A DNA stretch of 62,688 nucleotides, the filler included, from Globobulimina sp. (Eukaryota), in the NCBI GenBank assembly GCA_003354225.1. It is 29 parts of 29 records of this genome, joined end to end, with 100 filler letters (N's around TTAATTAATTAA, not from the genome) between each part and the next. Parts side by side here need not be neighbours in the genome. Positions count along the whole stretch, not along the records: positions 34,652 to 36,716 come from PIVH01009295.1; positions 36,817 to 38,881 come from PIVH01009296.1; positions 38,982 to 41,046 come from PIVH01009297.1; positions 41,147 to 43,211 come from PIVH01009298.1; positions 43,312 to 45,376 come from PIVH01009299.1; positions 45,477 to 47,540 come from PIVH01009300.1; 23 more parts are not named here. One strand, given 5' to 3'. Both the position numbers and the translations under genes were made by a program. How positions within the stretch are numbered: the stretch's first letter is position 1; each line of letters begins with the position of its first letter. Below, one piece after another: positions 35,066 through 47,640 of the stretch. The notes beneath the pieces are model-generated. The model saw nothing but the letters and a program-made list of their open reading frames with translations. It did not search any database and was not told the origin of the DNA.

Positions 35066-36716
35066 TTATAATTTTACTCCAGTAAGATTAAGACTTTGTG
35101 ATTGTTTGCCAGTGGATTCTTTCCTATTTTTCTTATAAATATATTTTTCCAATGCAATATAATGATACGTATCTCTAAACCGTTGATATGAATCCCTTTC
35201 AATCAAATAATAAACGTCACGTAATGCACGATCGTTGATTGAAATCAAATCTTGGATCATAAGTTTCATCCTAACTACATCCTCATTTTTAACATTGTAA
35301 TGAAATGAATGGTGCAAATGATTCAAATGATCAATAATTCCATTCTTATCATGATCATCGGCATTATTTTCATTTTCTTTTTCTACAAAAACTTCAAATT
35401 CCGATTCTAAAATCTCAGAAACATGTCCCACTCGAATTGATGGACATATATTATCTGCTGATAAAAATATTGTATCATCGTCATATGCATCACTCTCATT
35501 ATTGCCATTATCATCAAAATGAAAGCTTAAAATAGATTTCTTCTTTTTTTTTAAAGTTGAAGGTAATTTTCTCTGTGTTGTCATTATATGCAATTTGTCT
35601 AAACGCAATTTTTTAAATTCTAATGAATATTCTTTTGTTTTATCAATTAATTTCTTCCTAATTCTTGATGATAAATTGAGCGAATGTTTGGCATCGACAC
35701 TGATATATTGTTGACATAAATAATTAAAATCTTGAATAACATCAGTATACGTAAATACGCTCAACATTAATGACTCTTTATCCGCATTATTATCAAGATC
35801 GAGATCAAGGGGTAATTGCACCATCCATCCCACTTCGTGTCTTGTCATTAATCCATATTTTATCATTTCATGTTTTAACTGCATAACTTCTAAAATATAA
35901 AGTAAATGTTCTACAGTTAGTTCTCGGACTAAATGATTTGCAAACATTTTAAAACCTTTTTCTGTTTGTAATACATGTTCCAATTTAAGTGATGCTGATG
36001 CATTGACGGTTAAATCTAAAGTATCATTAGTGTTCATAGTGTGCATAGTATCAAATGTATTCATTGTATTAATGGTATTGATAGTACTATTTTGTGCTTG
36101 GGCCAATACAATGCAACCGTGTGCTCTTCGATTATCGACATGTTCTAAAAACTTGTGCTTTTTATATAAGACCCATTGCGTTTGCAACAATGCTAATGGA
36201 ACTAACGTGATTGTAATTAATGTGTACATTATAATAATTGAGTCAATATATTGATTGGTTTTTGGTAGTACATCAATTACAAATATTATTAATATAATAA
36301 ATGAATTAATAAATATGTATCGCAATTCTTTGTGAATTTGATAAAAATCGTGAACAGTTTTGAATATAGCAACAAATGGATACATAGCAATTGATAATAA
36401 TAAAGCTAATACACTGCATATTGTAATGGTAATAAACAATGGATTGTTGGTAAATCGGTTTATTAAAACAATAAATGTGAATAAAATAACATATAATAAA
36501 AAGGATAATAATATTAATCGTTTTACGTTTCCAACAAATTTATATTTTATAGTCCATGGTACGTACAATTTATGTGAGCGTATTAAAATCATCCATTTTA
36601 AATCTAATAATTGTTCTTCTTCTTTCAAATCATAAAATAGTTTCCATCCTCTGCAAAATAAAAACGTTGATAACAAAAATATTGCTGAATCTCCCCAGAA
36701 TATTTCATAATTTCCT
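35066..36716 (-). CDS. Transmembrane RGS-domain protein (7TM-RGS type), 5' partial
   Basis: Several TM helices followed by RGS motifs GFKMFANHLVRELTVEHL, QYI....HSLNLS and IERDSYQRF. Confidence 0.85.
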
Positions 36717-36816
36717 NNNNNNNNNNNNNNNNNNNNNNNNNNNNNNNNNNNNNNNNNNNNTTAATTAATTAANNNNNNNNNNNNNNNNNNNNNNNNNNNN
36801 NNNNNNNNNNNNNNNN

Positions 36817-38051
36817 CATTGCCTCCAATTACAACATTATTTGCCGAAACTGTTCCAAATTTGGACTCAATCCGAGCATATAAATTGCAATCATTTTTTA
36901 TCGACGATCTAATGCAGCGAATTGATACTTGGCACTCAATTTGGAAGACATCAAACTCTGTACAAAGTTGGTTATATTTCTACCAAGAAATATTATTTGC
37001 TTTTCTTCAATTTTGTGTCATTGTAACTGCAGCTTTTCAAATGTCGTTTGGTGCAAAAATGGAAAACAACACTAAACAATTTATAATATTGGCATGTTGG
37101 TATTTTTTTGCTGTTCTCCAACAAGCAAATTATGCAACTGAACATTTTTCAAAGACAAAAGGAAATTTTCTGTCTGTTATGCGAGTGATGCATTATCATA
37201 ATTTATTTGAGGAAAATGAGAAATTGGGAAAAGAAATGGTTTACGAAGCCAAACAAATCAATCACGAATATAACATTAAAGAAAATGAAAAATGGCCAGC
37301 TGTGGGAAATCTAAATATAAATAAAGTGAGACTGAGATATAGGAAGACGTTTAACATCGTACTTGATATTGAGAAAGGCATTGAAATTAAGGCTGGCGAT
37401 AAAATTGGTATTTGTGGCAGAACGGGATCTGGAAAGAGCAGCATTTTAGTATCAATATTCCGATTGTTTGAGCCCATAATAAATGATGTGGTCATTGATG
37501 ATTTGAGCATTGATAAACTCGGATTATATGATTTACGCTCGAATCTGTCCATTATTTCGCAAACACCGGTACTGTTTAATGGCACTTTGAAATTTAATTT
37601 GGATCCATTTGATAAATATAGCGATGAGATGCTATGGAATGCTTTAAAAGACGTTGAATTATTTGATTTAATAAAGTGCAGAGATGGTAAATTATTATGT
37701 AACGTAAATGAGAATGGCTCGAATTTTTCTGTTGGGGAACAACAATTAATTTGCTTTGTAAGATCCATATTAAATAAATCGTCGATTCTTTTCGCAGATG
37801 AACCAACTTCGGCGGTTGATAAAAATACTGATAATATCATACAAAAATTAATTCGATCCGACAAATTTAGAAATGTAACAGTTATTTGTATTGCACATCG
37901 GTTAGAAACAATACTCGATTATGATTATATTTTATTATTGGAAAATGGCAAAATTAAACAGTATGACACTCCGCAGCATTTATTATCGGATAAAAATGGA
38001 GATTTTGCAAAATTAATTGAAGCCGACAGAGTGAATTACGGTTCCAAATAA
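36817..38051 (+). CDS. ABCC/MRP transporter C-terminal part, 5' partial
   Basis: WP..G, Walker A GRTGSGKSS, LRSNLSIISQ.P.LF.GT, signature NFSVGEQQL, DEPTSAVD and IAHRL. Confidence 0.95.
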
Positions 38052-38981
38052 TATAATAACCTTTTACCCAATTTAATCTAATTTATTATATCTAATTTAT
38101 TAAGTACTCCTTACTTTAAAAACCCTTCGTTCAACCCTTAGTACTACATTTGGTGCTCATTCCATTCTTAACTGTAACCGTACAGTCCAACGCTCACACA
38201 CAGAGTAATTGAACCACCAATTGACTACTGCTAACTAAAGATTTTCTGAGAGGCAATACATAAAACTTCGAAGATCACTCAGTGCATTGCATGCTAGGAG
38301 CGTGGATTGATTAAAAGTACTCCTTTCTCTCCTCTCTATGCATGTATATGCAATCTCCTCCACATAGGAATTCAATAATGATAAATGCAACAATAAGCGG
38401 AGACCCCTATAGAGTTTTTGCTTTTAGTTCATTTCATGAATGAAAGCTTTGATAATTAAAGAAAAAAAAACTTTTGTAATTTATCTGTAAATTAATAGTT
38501 ACTGAGCATGGCGACCAACCATAATCGATTTATTAAGGCATGACCATCACCATCAGAATACAACAAATGATAATGAACAAGTAGCAAATGTATCTGTGAC
38601 AGATACATAATTATCGACCAAATCAGAAACAGAAACAAATGACGCTATTCAATCGGAATTATCGAAAGATATGTAGTTTGTAGTCAAACTAAGCCAAAAA
38701 AGTTAATTATATCTATTTTCATTTAAAAAAATAAATATTTTCTCAATCATCTCATATTTTTTTGTTTGTTAAATGTAACTTTTAATGGTACATTAACAGC
38801 GCAAGGAAATACATTTAAACAACCAACTGTAACTACTAAATGTTCTTCACTTTTCGCTAATTTATTTAAAAAAGTGATAATNNNNNNNNNNNNNNNNNNN
38901 NNNNNNNNNNNNNNNNNNNNNNNNNTTAATTAATTAANNNNNNNNNNNNNNNNNNNNNNNNNNNNNNNNNNNNNNNNNNNN

Positions 38982-41046
38982 GCAAATGTTGTACTGTTCA
39001 ATGGCTCGCAGCATGTCACGCATGGATGGCGTGGCGGGAATTAACGACTTCTTTGAGATGTTTGCGGATACGGACTTCATGTAAGTGATAGGCTGTGCTG
39101 TGGACTTTGTATTCATTAAATTGTTGGGTTCGTAGATGTTGCCTCTCGAAAATAACCTGTTGCCTTCAGAGAATATACCCAGTGACGTACGCTTATTATA
39201 GAGATTCTTATGAGTTTGTATTTGTATATGAAAGCCGAGTTGGCTCAGCTTGAAACATAAAATGTCCGTAAACTTCCAATGCTTCCTTTTATGCATTAGT
39301 TCAGATTTGCAGTCTAAAACAAACAGTCCATCGTCAAAGTAATTGTGTTGATGCAAATAGGATATTAAGCGTTTAATTATCGATTTTCTCCCTATATTTT
39401 CGCGGCCGCCCACCAATATCATCTTATTATTGATCAACGATTCATACAATTTTATAACTTCTTTACTGCGGCCAATGAACGGTTTCATTATAATATTATT
39501 CCAATTTGTTTTGTATTTTGCATTTAATTTGTTTGTTTCGATGGGATCGCCACGCTTCAAATTGCCACCAAACACAACAAACACACTCGGTGCCGGTTGC
39601 TGGCTGTTTTCGCCCTGCGTCAGTAACAAAAATCTACTCTCTGTTTCATCGAGCAATATCTGATTGTTATTGTTATCTTCTTTGACATTTTGCATCACGG
39701 AGAACATTTTGGTGATTTTATCCATTTCGTGCTTGGCCACAACATCATTGATGCTCGATTTCGAAGCAGTTTTAGCTAATTCGAAGGCGCGCGCTAAGCA
39801 CTCTTGATTTAATATGGCAGAGTAAAAATGATGTAAGAAATCTAAAACTTGCCAGCGCTTTTGCGTATTTTTGTTGTTTTGAGCAAAGGTTTTGATGGCA
39901 ATGATGTACGAAAAGCCCATATCTAAGAAGAGCTGCGCCATTTTCTCGTGCTGTGGCGACATAACAATGCAAATATCATTCATATTTGCTTCGAAATAGT
40001 TTTGTAACTCACTGATTGGGATCCATTCACCGTCGATTACGCATTTATCGCATTCTAATAAGATATAATTCTCATCCAATGGTTGTCGAATATGTTTGGT
40101 CAAATCATAATAAATGTTATTCAAAGTATACGCGCCATCATAACCTTTACTCTTTGCCACTTCAATTGGATTACAGCAATGCCCTACAAACTGAAATATT
40201 TTACATCCGCCATCATCTGCGATACGTTTAATATTTGCGACATTGCCAGTAAAATTACAGCAACGTACACCAAAGGAATTGCGCAACAACGTTTGCCAGA
40301 TCTTCTCATATAACTTGTCTTGAGCCAGCAACGAACACTGCAGATATTCCAAACTTATTTTGTTAATATCCTTTGTATTATCAATGCCATACATCCTAAG
40401 CGGCGAGGACTCCATCAATATAATGTCATACATTTTAGGTGTCAGCGTAGATAAAAATCTTTTAAATTTGGGCGAATTCGGAGAAGAACCAGAACTGCAT
40501 CCGGTAGTTAGCGGATTGTGAAAGTTGATCACATCATCATCACAATCGTCGTGATAGCCGATGCCATTATCACCATAGCACTCAGAATCTGTCTCAGTCT
40601 CAGAGCTAGAATCGGAACTGCTGCTATTGTTGTTACTGGAATCCGTGCCGGAGTCATCCTCATCAGATTCGAATTGATACTGCAAACTCTGTTGAATTTG
40701 GAGTGTGATTTGTAGCTCATGCGAATCGATGATAACTGTGCTCATCGGCTTCCATCGGAGCGGTTTCTCAAAGTCAAACGGCAGAGTTTTTTGGTCTAAT
40801 CCAATACCACATTCTTCATAGTTATATTCGTCATCTCCAGTCAGTTCATCATCAAAATCGCTGTCTGAAAACATGTATTCGCTCATTTCGTGATGATCGA
40901 TATTGTATTTATGGGGTCCTGTTTGGTAAAATGGCAATGAATTAACTTCAATTGCAATGGGTTCTGATCTTTGCGCATCATCTGATGGTTGCGTTACGTG
41001 CGGTGTTTCATTATGTGCTTTGTTAGCATTTGTATCATGGTCTGAA
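38982..41046 (-). CDS. CHAT-like domain plus NB-ARC/STAND-like NTPase, both degenerate, partial
   Basis: SSPL, KIFQFVGHC, LFLDMGFSYIIAI and FLHHFYSAIL...LARAFELAK (CHAT); FIGRSKEV, ILVGGRENIGRKS and YFDDGLFVLD (STAND). Confidence 0.65.
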
Positions 41047-41379
41047 NNNNNNNNNNNNNNNNNNNNNNNNNNNNNNNNNNNNNNNNNNNNTTAATTAATT
41101 AANNNNNNNNNNNNNNNNNNNNNNNNNNNNNNNNNNNNNNNNNNNNTACACCCACCCACCCTACCAGATGAAGTTGGGGAATTTAGCATTTTTTTCGAGA
41201 AATAACAATTTACAAGTTGCAGACAGAGGGTCACAAAATGGTCTACCAAATCCCACAGATCAGAAAATTTTAATTTCTAGAGCGATTTTTACGGTTTTTA
41301 GGCGATTTTTAGAAATTTTTCCATTAAAAACGATTTTAGACGATACAACGAAAAAACGATACCCAAACTAAAATGATAC

Positions 41380-42137
41380 CTGATAGAATTTGTTGTACTT
41401 TCCTCAACATCCAAATCACCAGTTGTTCCTGCATCCACTTCCGGTTGCAGACCCTGTTCACATTCCATTGTTGCATTTGTTGGGTTACCAACATGTACTG
41501 GTTGTGTGTCTGCAAGTAAATGAAACTGTATGTACATGTGTATGTGAAATTGAAATTTTTGTCAAGCCCGGCCAGTACATATGTATACAGAGCCTAGATT
41601 TAGTCATTTTAGCCCCCCATCGATTTTTTGGCCAATCGGGCAGACATTGAGGGCAACCGGGCAAGGCTTAGGCCCCCAAGCAAGTCGACCAACTACACCT
41701 CCACCTATAACTGTGTCGTCAGGGTTCACACACATACATATAGCATCCTGCAAAATCAAAAAATTCCAGTACTTTCCAGACCAATATGTGGATATTTCAG
41801 GACTTTTTTTGGCAAAAATCCAGAACCTTCTACAATGTACATATACATAGTACCAAGTTAAATGCCAGTATTTTTCTAGGCTTTTAAGGATGTGTATGAA
41901 CTCTGGTTGTTGTAACTTAACTACAAAACATACAGTACATAGCGATATATGTACCAACAAAAAAGTAACTAACATTTTACCTTTGCAGGTTTCCTCTTTA
42001 TCAATTACAATAGTCATTATATCAAATAACTCCTTCCTACACTCGACAAATGTTTTGCTTCTCCTTCTTTGATTTCTACTTTGACTTCTTCTTCTTTTAT
42101 CCTCTAGAAGACGGTCGTTGGTGGAAATTGACGCCAT
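41380..42137 (-). CDS. Two exons of an unidentified, probably metazoan gene
   Basis: Exons 41981-42137 and 41380-41509 join in phase 1 (TCK-D-TQPV) across a 471-nt GT-AG intron; a further donor lies at 41379. Confidence 0.5.
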
Positions 42138-42343
42138 AGCCCATAAAATCAGTACGCCCTTCCCTACTCATTAAAAGGCACATCATTGTTCATTACTAAT
42201 GATTACACATATTATAATAAATATATTATAATAAATAAGAGCAGTGCTCATCGATAAACAAATTTTGGAAAGCAGAATACACTGAACTTTACAAAGGTTT
42301 ATTCCTTTCTTGAACAAGGAAGACAGGTGATTAAGGTGACAAA

Positions 42344-42578
42344 TTAATTAAACATACATACATGTATCTTGATTTTAACATTACATATTTTAACATTATT
42401 TGAGTTTTTAGGATACATGAACTGACCTACTACTATCATAATACATCTTTTATATAACAGTCTGCACAGTACAGTAGTTGTCATTTGCTCTTGAACAAGA
42501 TATGATTAATGAGTAGAACAAAATGTTTAAAATGACTAATTTTAATTAAACATACATACATGTATCTTGATTTTAACA
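42344..42578. repeat. 37-bp direct repeat
   Basis: TTAATTAAACATACATACATGTATCTTGATTTTAACA at 42344-42380 and 42542-42578. Confidence 0.9.
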
Positions 42579-43311
42579 GCCTAGATGTTAATGCTATACA
42601 TGGCAGACAAAGTAAAATATGGCAAGAATTAGGTTCTACTATCATAACAATACAATACTACACACACATAATAACAATTCAACAAATGCATGACATAGCT
42701 AACAACACATCAACAACCATATTAATCGTGACTGACACATATCACCACGAAAGGAAAGGATTACACTGTTGCTACAGTATGATGATACATATTGAGACGA
42801 AAAATGGCTCAGCAGAGACTGATTTTGTCAACTATTCACCTGCTTTAGAGACTACCTTTTCTTTCAGTAGTCACTGCGTTCAACTGACTAACAATGAGTA
42901 CTAGTACATACAGTGTATAATGAATGAGCAAATAATTTGAGCAACATACAACTTGGGCAATACTATTACAAAGTGTTGGCACTGGCAGCCGAGACCAGGA
43001 TAACCCTGTACTGTACATACAAATGTACACTACTAATAACTGAAAACTTGCAAACGTGACTTTTATTTTTTAGTATGTACCTATGTATGTTAACCACCAA
43101 TGGCCATTGTCGAAGGAGGTTGATATTCATATTCCATAATTGCATCCGGAATCGCGATGGCACGTTTATTAGCAATAATCCAGCATACAGTGACTTTATC
43201 TTTGGCATCTGNNNNNNNNNNNNNNNNNNNNNNNNNNNNNNNNNNNNNNNNNNNNTTAATTAATTAANNNNNNNNNNNNNNNNNNNNNNNNNNNNNNNNN
43301 NNNNNNNNNNN

Positions 43312-44937
43312 GAAACAAACAAAAGTGAGACACTTTGTTCATTGAAAGAATTAAATCGTGACTTTAATCCAACTTTAAACCAAATCAATAAATCATTACA
43401 TTCAAATAAATTTTCAATTCGCAATCGTTTATTATCAATTTTTAATGATCATCAATTTGTTAAACATATCCATTCATCATACTTTGTACAATATCCATTA
43501 ACAGCCAATTTACGATGTGGTGAATGGTATGTCTACCCACTGGATAATTGGTGTTATTTTAAATCCACAGATGGCCATTTTAAGAAATGGAGTTTTAATT
43601 TGCGTCGTTTAAATCCAAATATTCTAAAATTAATCATCAAAAACAAAGGTATAATGATCGTCGATTCAACACGAAAAGGTAAAGTATTCCCAGATGCCTT
43701 GCAAAGAACCATTCCAATTTGGTGTCATGTATTAAATAATACATTTTCTATTTTATCAAAACAAAATAACCCAACAATTTCACTCAAAATGCCAGCATGG
43801 ATTACTGATTCGGAAAAAGAACAAATTGAAGAATTGACAAAAAACAAATGGATTGAAAACGTTTTATCATCAAATATAATCAATGAATTTTCTCAAATTC
43901 AAACACATTATGGAAACACTTTATATTTGGAACCATTTTGGATTGATAGGTTTACTGATTGCAATGCATTAAAATCACAAATTAAACAGAAAGAGAAACA
44001 CATTTTACCTGTAATTTTATTGAGTGCATCGATACCAATGCATGTGCTTGAAATTACAAATAAAAATAAACAAACAATGAAACAAATTAAAATCATTGAA
44101 GAGATAAATAAGTTTACTTTTGAATACATTCAAGGCGCCGGCGATGATCATGAACATTGGAGCAAAGGTATAATACCTTCGATTTTCTGGAAGGATTATG
44201 AATTATTTTTAAAATGTAATTCAAATCAATGTTGTTTGGAATTATTGCAAAATATAAATGAAGAGAAAACTGATTGTAATCACAATATTAATGATAGCAA
44301 ATTACAATTGAATGAATTTATTGTTAGGTATCATTCGACACAGATATTAAATAAAACAAATGGAATGTTGTATGTTTTGGATAGGAACATGAATATTAAT
44401 ATGAATGCTTTGGATGTTATTAAAATGATATATGAACAAGAGAGCATTTGTAAGATAGTAAATTATGTTATTTTAAGTATGAATGATAGGGATTTGATGC
44501 AGAAATGTCAGGATTTGATTGAAAGGAAAGAAAAAGAGATTAAGATCAACCTAAAAATTGGAATTTATTTTATTGCGGATACTAAGAAATATAAACATTC
44601 ATTGAGAGATTCATTAAAATTAATTTTTGAAGATTTTAATGATATAAAAATGAATAGTAAAATATGGATATTCCAAGATAAAAATAGTTATAACATAAAT
44701 GTTATTGGATGTGTTGCTGCGTCAATGATATTACATTGTATTGTGAATAGGTCAACGATTAAACATGCAATTGATTATAATTTTTGGCTTAAAACAAATA
44801 AAGATAATGAGAATGTTATTTATTTGAGTAAAACAAAAATACGTAATGTATTGGATAAATTCCAGTTTATTCTTAATGACTTCCATCCATCTCGTCTGTT
44901 AATGAAACAAATAAATAATTATTTCTTGTCATTTTAA
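43312..44937 (+). CDS. RIT1: Initiator tRNA phosphoribosyl transferase, 5' partial
   Basis: NRLLSI..D, ANLRCGEWY, CYFKSTDGH, WSFNLRRLN, IVDSTRKGKVFPDAL.RTIPIWC, YIQGAGDDHEHW. Confidence 0.92.
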   Translation, partial: ETNKSETLCSLKELNRDFNPTLNQINKSLHSNKFSIRNRLLSIFNDHQFVKHIHSSYFVQYPLTANLRCGEWYVYPLDNWCYFKSTDGHFKKWSFNLRRLNPNILKLIIKNKGIMIVDSTRKGKVFPDALQRTIPIWCHVLNNTFSILSKQNNPTISLKMPAWITDSEKEQIEELTKNKWIENVLSSNIINEFSQIQTHYGNTLYLEPFWIDRFTDCNALKSQIKQKEKHILPVILLSASIPMHVLEITNKNKQTMKQIKIIEEINKFTFEYIQGAGDDHEHWSKGIIPSIFWKDYELFLKCNSNQCCLELLQNINEEKTDCNHNINDSKLQLNEFIVRYHSTQILNKTNGMLYVLDRNMNINMNALDVIKMIYEQESICKIVNYVILSMNDRDLMQKCQDLIERKEKEIKINLKIGIYFIADTKKYKHSLRDSLKLIFEDFNDIKMNSKIWIFQDKNSYNINVIGCVAASMILHCIVNRSTIKHAIDYNFWLKTNKDNENVIYLSKTKIRNVLDKFQFILNDFHPSRLLMKQINNYFLSF

Positions 44938-45376
44938 ATATGCAACAAATCCCATCGATATTTAGTTTATATTTTTTGTGTTGTTTCAACGTTTCCACCG
45001 TATCTAAGATGCCATATATCTGATATTGAGTATGTGCGTTGTATCCATTTTCATTTCGAATAATCTCTTGAACCAATGTCCGGTCAAACACATTACTGTC
45101 AATCAAACGCTTTGGATTTACAATCAATGTAATCTCCAATGTGTCTGTCTCCATATTACCATTTTGCACTGGTTCATCATGTCCGGATATTATCGTATCT
45201 AATTCCGGGAAATAAGCAGATTCTTCTCCCGGATCCTCAGTGTCGTACTCTTCAGATTCCTCATCTTCTTCTTCTGCATACGAATCATGCTCAGATTCCT
45301 CTTCATATTCTTCTGCGGATTCTTCATCATAGGAATGGCTGCTTTCGTCCTCTTGTTTTAATGGCTGGCGCAATTC
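44873..45376 (-). CDS. Acidic hypothetical protein, 5' partial
   Basis: E/D/S-rich open frame whose 3' end overlaps the RIT1 3' end by 65 nt. Confidence 0.5.
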   Translation of the reverse strand, partial: ELRQPLKQEDESSHSYDEESAEEYEEESEHDSYAEEEDEESEEYDTEDPGEESAYFPELDTIISGHDEPVQNGNMETDTLEITLIVNPKRLIDSNVFDRTLVQEIIRNENGYNAHTQYQIYGILDTVETLKQHKKYKLNIDGICCIFKMTRNNYLFVSLTDEMDGSH

Positions 45377-45549
45377 NNNNNNNNNNNNNNNNNNNNNNNN
45401 NNNNNNNNNNNNNNNNNNNNTTAATTAATTAANNNNNNNNNNNNNNNNNNNNNNNNNNNNNNNNNNNNNNNNNNNNTCAATTTTTCAAAATATTATTATT
45501 ATATTTATTATTAAAGTTTTTTTTTTACCTCGCCATCAGCATCAACAGC

Positions 45550-47418
45550 ATGTCCAATAATAGAGAGATTATCACCTTACAACTTGGTGATTACGCAAAT
45601 CACGTAGCAACTCATTATTGGAATTTAGAATGGGAGAACTCTAAACTAAATACGCACGATATTGACAGCAAAGAAAGTGATGATAATGATAACTGCACAA
45701 ACATAAACACAACGAATCCCTATAAAAGTGCCAAGTATAAACTGCTTAAACCACATTCAAAATCACATCGTTCATCTAATCATTCAGGAGCACCATCAAA
45801 ACGTGATGAATCGCATAAAAATATCAATCCAAATATTTGTTTCCATTCGAATAGACAACAGCAGTATACACCGCGTACAATTATTTTCGCAACACAAGGA
45901 TCCGAAGGGAATATCACTTCAAATGTTTATGATTCATCATCCAATCATAATAATAGCAATAATAATATTACGACGTGGGACAATAAAGTCAATATTGTCA
46001 AACAACAGCAGCATAAAACAGAAAACAAGAGTGATTGTAAATTTTGGAGCGATTATTTATTACCGCCGTTGCATGATAAATCCTTATTTTTATTGGATGG
46101 GATTCATCATTTTTCAACACCATTCTATTCATATTCGACAGGTTATGACTTATTAAATGGTGGCACGGCGTCAAGCAACGATTTATTGGAATCTATGGAT
46201 GATCGGATTCGATATTTTGCTGAATCATGTGATTGGTTTCAAGGATTTCAAATATTCCAAACCGCGCATGATTCTTTCAGTGCTATTTTACCACCGCTAA
46301 TAAATGCAATTCACGATGATTATAATAATAAATGTGTATTATTATACAACTTATCGCCATCACAATCCACAGCAATGCAAAATTATACAAATGATGCACA
46401 AAATTATACTAATAAACAATCCATACAAATGATGAACAAAAGATTTAAACTCAATTCAATCATATCAACGGCGCAAATCTGGGATGAAGTATCAAATATA
46501 ATTCCGATATCTGTAGATTTTTGGCATAAGAATGACAAGAATAAATTTTATAATACATCGATTATTGCCTCGTGTTTACATCATTACACAAATTGTGTTC
46601 GTTTAAATCAGTCCAATATCCGTTTAATGGATATTATAAATTGTTATATTAAAAGAAACTCAATGAAGATGTCAATGCTATCCTCGTGTTCATCTCATTT
46701 GGATTTGAATATGAATTACCAGGCCATTGATTGTATTGAAAAGCTATTAATGTTCGATCCAAAGCAAAAGCAACCAATTTTCCCAAGATTAACATGTTTA
46801 GGACCAGTAAGTAATAAATATTTGACAAACAATTATGTTTTAAACAGTAAAATATTTGGAGAATATTCATGTTTGAATGGAACAAATCTATACAAAACGT
46901 CAGAAAAAGTAATTGGAGAATGGAAACGAAATAAAATGATATTGGCACAAAAACAAGGCTCATCCAAAACAGATATTGAATTATTTTGTGATCAATGGAG
47001 ATATGACAGCGAAGAAGAAAATTATCATTTAAGATTAATGACAAAATTAGCATCGAAAACGCAATCACCGTTAAAATGGCATTTAATTAAGAAATCATGG
47101 AAATTACCGTCTGTTCATCCTTTTTATTATGATAAAAATAATGATAGTCAACAAAAACAAGATGACAATGATAATGATCATGATCATGAAGAAGAGGATG
47201 AAAACAGAAATAAATATAGTATGTGGTCAAGTGGTTGGTCGTCAAGTATTATCGGTGAAACTTATTTGAATGAATCTGCACAAAATGTAAATGATGTAAT
47301 AAAATACGGACTTAGTACAAAAATATTTGGCGATGTTGAACTCGATCTCAATCAATATAGAGAAGAATTATCTGCTTTGGCTGATACCTATTCTGGTGAA
47401 ACAGACATAGATAAATAA
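45550..47418 (+). CDS. MSTO1: Misato/DML1 tubulin-like protein
   Basis: REIITLQLGDYANHVATHYWN, YTPR, FWSDYL...LH.KS, DRIRYFAESCDWFQGFQ. Confidence 0.9.
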   Translation: MSNNREIITLQLGDYANHVATHYWNLEWENSKLNTHDIDSKESDDNDNCTNINTTNPYKSAKYKLLKPHSKSHRSSNHSGAPSKRDESHKNINPNICFHSNRQQQYTPRTIIFATQGSEGNITSNVYDSSSNHNNSNNNITTWDNKVNIVKQQQHKTENKSDCKFWSDYLLPPLHDKSLFLLDGIHHFSTPFYSYSTGYDLLNGGTASSNDLLESMDDRIRYFAESCDWFQGFQIFQTAHDSFSAILPPLINAIHDDYNNKCVLLYNLSPSQSTAMQNYTNDAQNYTNKQSIQMMNKRFKLNSIISTAQIWDEVSNIIPISVDFWHKNDKNKFYNTSIIASCLHHYTNCVRLNQSNIRLMDIINCYIKRNSMKMSMLSSCSSHLDLNMNYQAIDCIEKLLMFDPKQKQPIFPRLTCLGPVSNKYLTNNYVLNSKIFGEYSCLNGTNLYKTSEKVIGEWKRNKMILAQKQGSSKTDIELFCDQWRYDSEEENYHLRLMTKLASKTQSPLKWHLIKKSWKLPSVHPFYYDKNNDSQQKQDDNDNDHDHEEEDENRNKYSMWSSGWSSSIIGETYLNESAQNVNDVIKYGLSTKIFGDVELDLNQYREELSALADTYSGETDIDK

Positions 47419-47640
47419 ATATATAATTAACTTTTTTGGCTTAGTTTCGTTTCGTTTCATTTCAACGATTAGAAAAGTTTTTGGTTAGCTAGAGTGGTTT
47501 TGAACCTAGCATTCGAAGTTGACCTAGGTCATCGAATACTNNNNNNNNNNNNNNNNNNNNNNNNNNNNNNNNNNNNNNNNNNNNTTAATTAATTAANNNN
47601 NNNNNNNNNNNNNNNNNNNNNNNNNNNNNNNNNNNNNNNN

